From: Auanema rhodensis
Lineage: Eukaryota; Animalia; Nematoda
Assembly (NCBI GenBank): GCA_964057225.1
Contig: OZ059895.1
Coordinates: 19,964,001 to 20,028,000, forward strand
DNA: 64,000 nt
Direction: 5' to 3'
Positions 28,001 through 41,599 of this stretch are shown piece after piece. Positions within the stretch are counted from its first letter, which is position 1, and every line of letters begins with the position of its first letter. The notes beneath the pieces were generated by a model. That model was not told where the DNA came from. It was given only the letters and a program-made list of their open reading frames with translations, and searched no databases. A program made the position numbers and the translations under genes.

Positions 28001-30186
28001 TTTTCGAAAAAATTTTTGTCAAAATGTTTTTGGAAGCAATGTTGAGTGTACATGGAAACTCAACATACACTAATGCATCATTTTTCAAACGATCATAACT
28101 AATTTTTGTATTGAGCGTTTCTCAATGTAGTATAGTGCATTCGATGCGGATTTTTAAGCTGCGTCGATCTGTGTTTTCAGATTTGCGCTAGCTTAAAAAT
28201 GCACCGAGATATCAACTGATATAAGTTCACACTTACATCCTCGATTTTCACCCTGAAGAATTAATTTTTTCGTTAAATAACATTGTCCATCGTCTTTGCC
28301 TTGAAAGAAAGATACTGAAAACATCTACTTTTTGCTAAATTATTTTGAAATTTTTCGAAAAAATTTTTGTCAAAATGTTTTTGGAAGCAATGTTGAGTGT
28401 ACATGGAAACTCAACATATACTAATGCATCATTTTTCAAACGATCATAACTAATTTTTGTATTAAGCGTTTCTCAATGTAGTATAGTGCATTCGATGCGG
28501 ATTTTTAAGCTGCGTCGATCTGTGTTTTCAGATTTGCGCTAGCTTAAAAATGCACCGAGATATCAACTGATATAAGTTCACACTTACATCCTCGATTTTC
28601 ACCCTGAAGAATTAATTTTTTCGTTGAATAACATTGTCCATCGTCTTTGCCTTGAAAGAAAGATACTGAAAACATCTACTTTTTGCTAAATTATTTTGAA
28701 ATTTTTCGAAAAAATTTTTGTCAAAATGTTTTTGGAAGCAATGTTGAGTGTACATGGAAACTCAACATATACTAATGCATCATTTTTCAAACGATCATAA
28801 CTAATTTTTGTATTAAGCGTTTCTCAATGTAGTATAGTGCATTCGATGCGGATTTTTAAGCTGCGTCGATCTGTGTTTTCAGATTTGCGCTAGCTTAAAA
28901 ATGCACCGAGATATCAACTGATATAAGTTCACACTTACATCCTCGATTTTCACCCTGAAGAATTAATTTTTTCGTTGAATAACATTGTCCATCGTCTTTG
29001 CCTTGAAAGAAAGATACTGAAAACATCTACTTTTTGCTAAATTATTTTGAAATTTTTCGAAAAAATTTTTGTCAAAATGTTTTTGGAAGCAATGTTGAGT
29101 GTACATGGAAACTCAACATATACTAATGCATCATTTTTCAAACGATCATAACTAATTTTTGTATTAAGCGTTTCTCAATGTAGTATAGTGCATTCGATGC
29201 GGATTTTTAAGCTGCGTCGATCTGTGTTTTCAGATTTGCGCTAGCTTAAAAATGCACCGAGATATCAACTGATATAAGTTCACACTTACATCCTCGATTT
29301 TCACCCTGAAGAATTAATTTTTTCGTTGAATAACATTGTCCATCGTCTTTGCCTTGAAAGAAAGATACTGAAAACATCTACTTTTTGCTAAATTATTTTG
29401 AAATTTTTCGAAAAAATTTTTGTCAAAATGTTTTTGGAAGCAATGTTGAGTGTACATGGAAACTCAACATACACTAATGCATCATTTTTCAAACGATCAT
29501 AACTAATTTTTGTATTGAGCGTTTCTCAATGTAGTATAGTGCATTCGATGCGGATTTTTAAGCTGCGTCGATCTGTGTTTTCAGATTTGCGCTAGCTTAA
29601 AAATGCACCGAGATATCAACTGATATAAGTTCACACTTACATCCTCGATTTTCACCCTGAAGAATTAATTTTTTCGTTAAATAACATTGTCCATCGTCTT
29701 TGCCTTGAAAGAAAGATACTGAAAACATCTACTTTTTGCTAAATTATTTTGAAATTTTTCGAAAAAATTTTTGTCAAAATGTTTTTGGAAGCAATGTTGA
29801 GTGTACATGGAAACTCAACATATACTAATGCATCATTTTTCAAACGATCATAACTAATTTTTGTATTAAGCGTTTCTCAATGTAGTATAGTGCATTCGAT
29901 GCGGATTTTTAAGCTGCGTCGATCTGTGTTTTCAGATTTGCGCTAGCTTAAAAATGCACCGAGATATCAACTGATATAAGTTCACACTTACATCCTCGAT
30001 TTTCACCCTGAAGAATTAATTTTTTCGTTGAATAACATTGTCCATCGTCTTTGCCTTGAAAGAAAGATACTGAAAACATCTACTTTTTGCTAAATTATTT
30101 TGAAATTTTTCGAAAAAATTTTTGTCAAAATGTTTTTGGAAGCAATGTTGAGTGTACATGGAAACTCAACATATACTAATGCATCA

Positions 30187-33100
30187 TTTTTCAAACGATC
30201 ATAACTAATTTTTGTATTAAGCGTTTCTCAATGTAGTATAGTGCATTCGATGCGGATTTTCAAGCTGCGTCGACCTGTGTTTTCAGATTTGCGCTAGCTT
30301 AAAAATGCACCGAGATATCAACTGATATAAGTTCACACTTACATCCTCGATTTTCACCCTGAAGAATTAATTTTTTCGTTGAATAACATTGTCCATCGTC
30401 TTTGCCTTGAAAAAAAGAATCTGAAAACATCTACTTTTTGCTAAATTATTTTGAAATTTTTCGAAAAAGGTTTTGTCAAAATGTTTTTGGAAGCAATGTT
30501 GAGTGTACATGGAAACTCAACATATACTAATGCATCATTTTTCAAACGATCATAACTAATTTTTGTATTAAGCGTTTCTCAATGTAGTATAGTGTATTCG
30601 ATGCGGATTTTTAAGCTGCGTCGATCTGTGTTTTCAGATTTGCGCTAGCTTAAAAATGCACCGAGATATCAACTGATATAAGTTCACACTTACATCCTCG
30701 ATTTTCACCCTGAAGAATTAATTTTTTCGTTGAATAACATTGTCCATCGTCTTTGCCTTGAAAGAAAGATACTGAAAACATCTACTTTTTGCTAAATTAT
30801 TTTGAAATTTTTCGAAAAAATTTTTGTCAAAATGTTTTTGGAAGCAATGTTGAGTGTACATGGAAACTCAACATATACTAATGCATCATTTTTCAAACGA
30901 TCATAACTAATTTTTGTATTGAGCGTTTCTCAATGTAGTATAGTGCATTCGATGCGGATTTTTAAGCTGCGTCGATCTGTGTTTTCAGATTTGCGCTAGC
31001 TTAAAAATGCACCGAGATATCAACTGATATAAGTTCACACTTACATCCTCGATTTTCACCCTGAAGAATTAATTTTTTCGTTGAATAACATTGTCCATCG
31101 TCTTTGCCTTGAAAAAAAGAATCTGAAAACATCTACTTTTTGCTAAATTATCTTGAAATTTTTCGAAAAAATTTTTGTCAAAATGTTTTTGGAAGCAATG
31201 TTGAATGTACATGGAAACTCAACATATACTAATGCATCATGTTTCAAACGATCATAACTAATTTTTGTATTAAGCGTTTCTCAATGTAGTATAGTGCATT
31301 CGATGCGGATTTTTAAGCTGCGTCGATCTGTGTTTTCAGATTTGCGCTAGCTTAAAAATGCACCGAGATATCAACTGATATAAGTTCACACTTACATCCT
31401 CGATTTTCACCCTGAAGAATTAATTTTTTCGTTGAATAACATTGTCCATCGTCTTTGCCTTGAAAAAAAGATTCTGAAAACATCTACTTTTTGCTAAATT
31501 ATTTTGAAATTTTTCGAACAAATTTTTGTCAAAATGTTTTTGGAAGCAATGTTGAGTGTACATGGAAACTCAATATACACTAATGCATCATTTTTCAAAC
31601 GATCATAACTAATTTTTGTATTGAGCGTTTCTCAATGTAGTATAGTGCATTCGATGCGGATTTTTAAGCTGCGTCGATCTGTGTTATCAGATTTGCGCTA
31701 GATTAAAAATGCACCGAGATATCAACTGATATAAGTTCACACTTATATCCTCGATTTTCACCCTGAAGAATTAATTTTTTCGTTGAATAACATTGTCCAT
31801 CGTCTTTGCCTTGAAGAAAGAATCTGAAAACATCTACTTTTTGCTAAATTATTTTGAAATTTTTCGAAAAAATTTTTGTCAAAATGTTTTTGGAAGCAAT
31901 GTTGAGTGTACATGGAAACTCAACATACACTAATGCATCATTTTTCAAACGATCATAACTAATTTTTGTATTAAGCGTTTCTCAATGTAGTATAGTGCAT
32001 TCGATGCGGATTTTTAAGCTGCGTCAATCTGTGTTATCAGATTTGCGCTAGCTTAAAAATGCACCGAGATATCAACTGATATAAGTTCACACTTATATCC
32101 TCGATTTTCACCCTGAAGAATTAATTTTTTCGTTGAATAACAATGTCCATCGTCTTTGCTTTGAAAAAAGGAATCTAAAAACATCTACTTTTTGCTAAAT
32201 TATTTTGAAATTTTTCGAAAAAATTTTTGTCAAAATGTTTTTGGAAGCAATGTTGAGTGTACATGGAAACTCAACATACACTAATGCATCATTTTTCAAA
32301 CGATCATAACTTATTTCTGTATTGAGCGTTTCTCAATGTAGTATAGTGCATTCGATGCGGATTTTTAAGCTGCGTCGATCTGTGTTTTCAGATTTGCGCT
32401 AGCTTAAAAATGCACCGAGATATCAACTGATATAAGTTCACACTTATATCCTCGATTTTCACCCTGAAGAATTAATTTTTTCGTTGAATAACATTGTCCA
32501 TCGTCTTTGCCTTGAAAAAAAGAATCTGAAAACATCTACTTTTTGCTAAATTATCTTGAAATTTTTCGAAAAAATTTTTGTCAAAATGTTTTTGGAAGCA
32601 ATGTTGAATGTACATGGAAACTCAACATATACTAATGCATCATGTTTCAAACGATCATAACTAATTTTTGTATTAAGCGTTTCTCAATGTAGTATAGTGC
32701 ATTCGATGCGGATTTTTAAGCTGCGTCGATCTGTGTTTTCAGATTTGCGCTAGCTTAAAAATGCACCGAGATATCAACTGATATAAGTTCACACTTACAT
32801 CCTCGATTTTCACCCTGAAGAATTAATTTTTTCGTTGAATAACATTGTCCATCGTCTTTGCCTTGAAAAAAAGATTCTGAAAACATCTACTTTTTGCTAA
32901 ATTATTTTGAAATTTTTCGAACAAATTTTTGTCAAAATGTTTTTGGAAGCAATGTTGAGTGTACATGGAAACTCAATATACACTAATGCATCATTTTTCA
33001 AACGATCATAACTAATTTTTGTATTGAGCGTTTCTCAATGTAGTATAGTGCATTCGATGCGGATTTTTAAGCTGCGTCGATCTGTGTTATCAGATTTGCG

Positions 33101-36100
33101 CTAGATTAAAAATGCACCGAGATATCAACTGATATAAGTTCACACTTATATCCTCGATTTTCACCCTGAAGAATTAATTTTTTCGTTGAATAACATTGTC
33201 CATCGTCTTTGCCTTGAAGAAAGAATCTGAAAACATCTACTTTTTGCTAAATTATTTTGAAATTTTTCGAAAAAATTTTTGTCAAAATGTTTTTGGAAGC
33301 AATGTTGAGTGTACATGGAAACTCAACATACACTAATGCATCATTTTTCAAACGATCATAACTAATTTTTGTATTAAGCGTTTCTCAATGTAGTATAGTG
33401 CATTCGATGCGGATTTTTAAGCTGCGTCAATCTGTGTTATCAGATTTGCGCTAGCTTAAAAATGCACCGAGATATCAACTGATATAAGTTCACACTTATA
33501 TCCTCGATTTTCACCCTGAAGAATTAATTTTTTCGTTGAATAACAATGTCCATCGTCTTTGCTTTGAAAAAAGGAATCTAAAAACATCTACTTTTTGCTA
33601 AATTATTTTGAAATTTTTCGAAAAAATTTTTGTCAAAATGTTTTTGGAAGCAATGTTGAGTGTACATGGAAACTCAACATACACTAATGCATCATTTTTC
33701 AAACGATCATAACTTATTTCTGTATTGAGCGTTTCTCAATGTAGTATAGTGCATTCGATGCGGATTTTTAAGCTGCGTCGATCTGTGTTTTCAGATTTGC
33801 GCTAGCTTAAAAATGCACCGAGATATCAACTGATATAAGTTCACACTTATATCCTCGATTTTCACCCTGAAGAATTAATTTTTTCGTTGAATAACAATGT
33901 CCATCGTCTTTCCCTTGAAAAAAGGAATCTAAAAACATCTACTTTTTGCTAAATTATTTTGAAATTTTTCGAAAAAATTTTTGTCAAAATGTTTTTGGAA
34001 GCAATGTTGAGTGTACATGGAAACTCAACATACACTAATGCATCATTTTTCAAACGATCATAACTAATTCTTGTATTGAGCGTTTCTCAATGTACTATAG
34101 TGCATTCCATGCGGATTTTTAAGCTGCGTCGATCTGTGTTATCAGATTTGCGCTAGCTTAAAAATGCACCGAGATATCAACTGATATAAGTTCACACTTA
34201 CATCCTCGATTTTCACCCTGAAGAATTAATTTTTTCGTTGAATAACATTGTCCATCGTCTTTGCCTTGAAATAAAGATACTGAAAACATCTACTTTTTGC
34301 TAAATTATTTTGAAATTTTTCGAAAAAATTTTTGTCAAAATGTTTTTGGAAGCAATGTTGAGTGTACATGGAAACTCAACATATACTAATGCATCATTTT
34401 TCAAACGATCATAACTAATTTTTGTATTAAGCGTTTCTCAATGTAGTATAGTGCATTCGATGCGGATTTTTAAGCTGCGTCGATCTGTGTTTTCAGATTT
34501 GCGCTAGCTTAAAAATGCACCGAGATATCAACTGATATAAGTTCACACTTACATCCTCGATTTTCACCCTGAAGAATTAATTTTTTCGTTGAATAACATT
34601 GTCCATCGTCTTTGCCTTGAAAAAAAGAATCTGAAAACATCTACTTTTTGCTAAATTATTTTGAAATTTTTCGAAAAAATTTTTGTCAAAATGTTTTTGG
34701 AAGCAATGTTGAGTGTACATGGAAACTCAACATATACTAATGCATCATTTTTCAAACGATCATAACTAATTTTTGTATTAAGCGTTTCTCAATGTAGTAT
34801 AGTGCATTCGATGCGGATTTTTAAGCTGCGTCGATCTGTGTTTTCAGATTTGCGCTAGCTTAAAAATGCACCGAGATATCAACTGATATAAGTTCACACT
34901 TACATCCTCGATTTTCACCCTGAAGAATTAATTTTTTCGTTGAATAACAATGTCCATCGTCTTTGCCTTGAAAAAAAGAATCTGAAAACATCCACTTTTT
35001 GCTAAATTATTTTGAAATTTTTCGAAAAAATTTTTGTCAAAATGTTTTTGGAAGCAATGTTGAATGTACATGGAAACTCAACATATACTAATGCATCATT
35101 TTTCAAACGATCATAACTAATTTTTGTATTAAGCGTTTCTCAATGTAGTATAGTGCATTCGATGCGGATTTTTAAGCTGCGTCGATCTGTGTTATCAGAT
35201 TTGCGCTAGCTTAAAAATGCACCGAGATATCAACTGATATAAGTTCACACTTATATCCTCGATTTTCACCCTGAAGAATTAATTTTTTCGTTGAATAACA
35301 TTGTTCATCGTCTTTGCCTTGAAAAAAGGAATCTAAAAACATCTACTTTTTGCTAAATTATTTTGAAATTTTTCGAAAAAATTTTTGTCAAAATGTTTTT
35401 GGAAGCAATGTTGAGTGTACATGGAAACTCAACATACACTAATGCATCATTTTTCAAACGATCATAACTAATTTCTGTATTGAGCGTTTCTCAATGTAGT
35501 ATAGTGCATTCGATGCGGATTTTTAAGCTGCGTCGATCTGTGTTTTCAGATTTGCGCTAGCTTAAAAATGCACCGAGATATCAACTGATATAAGTTCACA
35601 CTTACATCCTCGATTTTCACCCTGAAGAATTAATTTTTTCGTTGAATAACATTGTCCATCGTCTTTGCTTTGAAAAAAGGAATCTAAAAACATCTACTTT
35701 TTGCTAAATTATTTTGAAATTTTTCGAAAAAATTTTTGTCAAAATGTTTTTGGAAGCAATGTTGAGTGTACATGGAAACTCAACATACACTAATGCATCA
35801 TTTTTCAAACGATCATAACTAATTTCTGTATTGAGCGTTTCTCAATGTAGTATAGTGCATTCGATGCGGATTTTTAAGCTGCGTCGATCTGTGTTTTCAG
35901 ATTTGCGCTAGCTTAAAAATGCACCGAGATATCAACTGATATAAGTTCACACTTATATCCTCGATTTTCACTCTGAAGAATTAATTTTTTCGTTGAATAA
36001 CAATGTCCATCGTCTTTGCCTTGAAAAAAGGAATCTAAAAACATCTACTTTTTGCTAAATTATTTTGAAATTTTTCGAAAAAATTTTTGTCAAAATGTTT

Positions 36101-36502
36101 TTGGAAGCAATGTTGAATGTACATGGAAACTCAACATATACTAATGCATCATTTTTCAAACGATCATAACTAATTTTTGTATTAAGCGTTTCTCAATGTA
36201 GTATAGTGCATTCGATGCGGATTTTTAAGCTGCGTCGATCTGTGTTATCAGATTTGCGCTAGCTTAAAAATGCACCGAGATATCAACTGATATAAGTTCA
36301 CACTTACATCCTCGATTTTCACCCTGAAGAATTAATTTTTTCGTTGAATAACATTGTCCATCGTCTTTGCCTTGAAAAAAAAAATCTGAAAACATCTACT
36401 TTTTGCTAAATTATTTTGAAATTTTTCGAAAAAATTTTTGTCAAAATGTTTTTGGAAGCAATGTTGAGTGTACATGGAAACTCAACATACACTAATGCAT
36501 CA
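30187..36502. repeat. Domain 3: diverged junction zone with many private variants and the only indels
   Basis: Rare variants cluster here: cgacctg, cgaaaaagg, gtgtattcg, catgtttc, cgaacaaa, ctagatt, gcgtcaatc, tttcccttg, tgtactatag, cattccatg, cactctgaag. 1-bp deletions lie at about 31815 and 33218. Confidence 0.82.
31045..33890. repeat. 4-monomer (1403-bp) tandem duplication carrying a 1-bp deletion
   Basis: Rare markers 1403 bp apart: 'ttatcttg' 31152/32555, 'catgtttc' 31241/32644, 'cgaacaaa' 31519/32922, 'ctagatt' 31702/33105, deletion 'ttgaagaaag' ~31815/33218, 'gcgtcaatc' 32026/33429, 'aacttatttct' 32311/33714. Confidence 0.93.
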
Positions 36503-36659
36503 TTTTTCAAACGATCATAACTAATTTCTGTATTGAGCGTTTCTCAATGTAGTATAGTGCATTCGATGCGGATTTTTAAGCTGCGTCGATCTGTGTTATC
36601 AGATTTGCGCTAGCTTAAAAATGCACCGAGATATCAACTGATATAAGTTCACACTTATA

Positions 36660-39600
36660 TCCTCGATTTTCACCCTGAAGAATTAATTTTTTCGTTGAAT
36701 AACATTGTCCATCGTCTTTGCCTTGAAAAAAGGAATCTAAAAACATCTACTTTTTGCTAAATTATTTTGAAATTTTTCGAAAAAATTTTTGTCAAAATGT
36801 TTTTGGAAGCAATGTTGAGTGTACATGGAAACTCAACATACACTCATGCATCATTTTTCAAACGATCATAACTAATTTTTGTATTAAGCGTTTCTCAATG
36901 TAGTATAGTGCATTCGATGCGGATTTTTAAGCTGCGTCGATCTGTGTTATCAGATTTGCGCTAGCTTAAAAATGCACCGAGATATCAACTGATATAAGTT
37001 CACACTTATATCCTCGATTTTCACCCTGAAGAATTAATTTTTTCGTTGAATAACATTGTCCATCGTCTTTGCCTTGAAAAAAGGAATCTAAAAACATCTA
37101 CTTTTCGCTAAATTATTTTGAAATTTTTCGAAAAAATTTTTGTCAAAATGTTTTTGGAAGCAATGTTGAGTGTACATGGAAACTCAACATACACTAATGC
37201 ATCATTTTTCAAACGATCATAACTAATTTCTGTATTGAGCTTTTCTCAATGTAGTATAGTGCATTCGATGCGGATTTTTAAGCTGCGTCGATCTGTGTTA
37301 TCAGATTTGCGCTAGCTTAAAAATGCACCGAGATATCAACTGATATATGTTCACACTTATATCCTCGATTTTCACCCTGAAGAAATTATTTTTTCGTTGA
37401 ATAACATTGTCCATCGTCTTTGCTTTGAAAAAAGGAATCTAAAAACATCTACTTTTTGCTAAATTATTTTGAAATTTTTCGAAAAAATTTTTGTCAAAAT
37501 GTTTTTGGAAGCAATGTTGAGTGTACATGGAAACTCAACATACACTAATGCATCATTTTTCAAACGATCATAACTAATTTTTGTATTAAGCGTTTCTCAA
37601 TGTAGTATAGTGCATTCGATGCGGATTTTTAAGCTGCGTCGATCTGTGTTATCAGATTTGCGCTAGCTTAAAAATGCACCGAGATATCAACTGATATAAG
37701 TTCACACTTATATCCTCGATTTTCACCCCGAAGAATTAATTTTTTCGTTAAATAACATTGTCCATCGTCTTTGCCTTGAAAAAAGGAATCTAAAAACTTC
37801 TACTTTTTGCTAAATTATTTTGAAATTTTTCGAAAAAATTTTTGTCAAAATGTTTTTGGAAGCAATGTTGAGTGTACATGGAAACTCAACATACACTAAT
37901 GCATCATTTTTCAAACGATCATAACTAATTTTTGTATTAAGCGTTTCTCAATGTAGTATAGTGCATTCGATGCGGATTTTTAAGCTGCGTCGATCTGTGT
38001 TATCAGATTTGCGCTAGCTTAAAAATGCACCGAGATATCAACTGATATAAGTTCACACTTATATCCTCGATTTTCACCCTGAAGAATTAATTTTTTCGTT
38101 GAATAACAATGTCCATCGTCTTTGCCTTGAGAAAAGGAATCTAAAAACATCTACTTTTTGCTAAATTATTCTGAAATTTTTCGAAAAAATTTTTGTCAAA
38201 ATGTTTTTGGAAGCAATGTTGAGTGTACATGGAAACTCAACATACACTCATGCATCATTTTTCAAACGATCATAACTAATTTTTGTATTAAGCGTTTCTC
38301 AATGTAGTATAGTGCATTCGATGCGGATTTTTAAGCTGCGTCGATCTGTGTTATCAGATTTGCGCTAGCTTAAAAATGCACCGAGATATCAACTGATATA
38401 AGTTCACACTTATATCCTCGATTTTCACCCTGAAGAATTAATTTTTTCGTTGAATAACATTGTCCATCGTCTTTGCCTTGAAAAAAGGAATCTAAAAACA
38501 TCTACTTTTTGCTAAATTATTTTGAAATTTTTCGAAAAAATTTTTGTCAAAATGTTTTTGGAAGCAATGTTGAGTGTACATGGAAACTCAACATACACTC
38601 ATGCATCATTTTTCAAACGATCATAACTAATTTTTGTATTAAGCGTTTCTCAATGTAGTATAGTGCATTCGATGCGGATTTTTAAGCTGCGTCGATCTGT
38701 GTTATCAGATTTGCGCTAGCTTAAAAATGCACCGAGATATCAACTGATATAAGTTCACACTTATATCCTCGATTTTCACCCTGAAGAATTAATTTTTTCG
38801 TTGAATAACATTGTCCATCGTCTTTGCCTTGAAAAAAGGAATCTAAAAACATCTACTTTTCGCTAAATTATTTTGAAATTTTTCGAAAAAATTTTTGTCA
38901 AAATGTTTTTGGAAGCAATGTTGAGTGTACATGGAAACTCAACATACACTAATGCATCATTTTTCAAACGATCATAACTAATTTCTGTATTGAGCTTTTC
39001 TCAATGTAGTATAGTGCATTCGATGCGGATTTTTAAGCTGCGTCGATCTGTGTTATCAGATTTGCGCTAGCTTAAAAATGCACCGAGATATCAACTGATA
39101 TATGTTCACACTTATATCCTCGATTTTCACCCTGAAGAAATTATTTTTTCGTTGAATAACATTGTCCATCGTCTTTGCTTTGAAAAAAGGAATCTAAAAA
39201 CATCTACTTTTTGCTAAATTATTTTGAAATTTTTCGAAAAAATTTTTGTCAAAATGTTTTTGGAAGCAATGTTGAGTGTACATGGAAACTCAACATACAC
39301 TAATGCATCATTTTTCAAACGATCATAACTAATTTTTGTATTAAGCGTTTCTCAATGTAGTATAGTGCATTCGATGCGGATTTTTAAGCTGCGTCGATCT
39401 GTGTTATCAGATTTGCGCTAGCTTAAAAATGCACCGAGATATCAACTGATATAAGTTCACACTTATATCCTCGATTTTCACCCCGAAGAATTAATTTTTT
39501 CGTTAAATAACATTGTCCATCGTCTTTGCCTTGAAAAAAGGAATCTAAAAACTTCTACTTTTTGCTAAATTATTTTGAAATTTTTCGAAAAAATTTTTGT

Positions 39601-39660
39601 CAAAATGTTTTTGGAAGCAATGTTGAGTGTACATGGAAACTCAACATACACTAATGCATC
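36660..39660. repeat. Block repeated at a 5-monomer (1755-bp) offset
   Basis: 'cactcatg' 36845/38600, 'cttttcgcta' 37106/38861, 'aaacttct' 37798/39553. Confidence 0.78.
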
Positions 39661-41599
39661 ATTTTTCAAACGATCATAACTAATTTCTGTATTGAGCTTT
39701 TCTCAATGTAGTATAGTGCATTCGATGCGGATTTTTAAGCTGCGTCGATCTGTGTTATCAGATTTGCGCTAGCTTAAAAATGCACCGAGATATCAACTGA
39801 TATATGTTCACACTTATATCCTCGATTTTCACCCTGAAGAAATTATTTTTTCGTTGAATAACATTGTCCATCGTCTTTGCTTTGAAAAAAGGAATCTAAA
39901 AACATCTACGTTTTGCTAAATTATTTTGAAATTTTTCGAAAAAATTTTTGTCAAAATGTTTTTGGAAGCAATGTTGAGTGTACATGGAAACTCAACATAC
40001 ACTAATGCATCATTTTTCAAACGATCATAACTAATTTTTGTATTAAGCGTTTCTCAATGTAGTATAGTGCATTCGATGCGGATTTTTAAGCTGCGTCGAT
40101 CTGTGTTATCAGATTTGCGCTAGCTTAAAAATGCACCGAGATATCAACTGATATAAGTTCACACTTAGATCCTCGATTTTCACCCTGAAGAATTAATTTT
40201 TTCGTTGAATAACAATGTCCATCGTCTTTGCCTTGAGAAAAGGAATCTAAAAACATCTACTTTTTGCTAAATTATTCTGAAATTTTTCGAAAAAATTTTT
40301 GTCAAAATGTTTTTGGAAGCAATGTTGAGTGTACATGGAAACTCAACATACACTCATGCATCATTTTTCAAACGATCATAACTAATTTTTGTATTAAGCG
40401 TTTCTCAATGTAGTATAGTGCATTCGATGCGGATTTTTAAGCTGCGTCGATCTGTGTTATCAGATTTGCGCTAGCTTAAAAATGCACCGAGATATCAACT
40501 GATATAAGTTCACACTTATATCCTCGATTTTCACCCTGAAGAATTAATTTTTTCGTTGAATAACAATGTCCATCGTCTTTGCCTTGAGAAAAGGAATCTA
40601 AAAACATCTACTTTTTGCTAAATTATTCTGAAATTTTTCGAAAAAATTTTTGTCAAAATGTTTTTGGAAGCAATGTTGAGTGTACATGGAAACTCAACAT
40701 ACACTCATGCATCATTTTTCAAACGATCATAACTAATTTTTGTATTAAGCGTTTCTCAATGTAGTATAGTGCATTCGATGCGGATTTTTAAGCTGCGTCG
40801 ATCTGTGTTATCAGATTTGCGCTAGCTTAAAAATGCACCGAGATATCAACTGATATAAGTTCACACTTATATCCTCGATTTTCACCCTGAAGAATTAATT
40901 TTTTCGTTGAATAACATTGTCCATCGTCTTTGCCTTGAAAAAAGGAATCTAAAAACATCTACTTTTTGCTAAATTATCTTGAAATTTTTCGAAAAAATTT
41001 TTGTCAAAATGTTTTTGGAAGCAATGTTGAGTGTACATGGAAACTCAACATACACTAATGCATCATTTTTCAAACGATCATAACTAATTTCTGTATTGAG
41101 CTTTTCTCAATGTAGTATAAAGCATTCGATGCGGATTTTTAAGCTGCGTCGATCTGTGTTATCAGATTTGCGCTAGCTTAAAAATGCACCGAGATATCAA
41201 CTGATATATGTTCACACTTATATCCTCGATTTTCACCCTGAAGAAATTATTTTTTCGTTGAATAACATTGTCCATCGTCTTTGCTTTGAAAAAAGGAATC
41301 TAAAAACATCTACGTTTTGCTAAATTATTTTGAAATTTTTCGAAAAAATTTTTGTCAAAATGTTTTTGGAAGCAATGTTGAGTGTACATGGAAACTCAAC
41401 ATACACTAATGCATCATTTTTCAAACGATCATAACTAATTTTTGTATTAAGCGTTTCTCAATGTAGTATAGTGCATTCGATGCGGATTTTTAAGCTGCGT
41501 CGATCTGTGTTATCAGATTTGCGCTAGCTTAAAAATGCACCGAGATATCAACTGATATAAGTTCACACTTATATCCTCGATTTTCACCCTGAAGAATTA

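Larger units (their letters stand above)
12988..30186. repeat. Domain 2: homogeneous block dominated by the 'gaaagaaagatactgaaa' (type D) monomer
   Basis: 'gatactg' first appears near 13218. It dominates from about 15.3 kb and is in almost every copy from about 20.0 to 30.1 kb, together with m96T and m156C. Confidence 0.88.
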
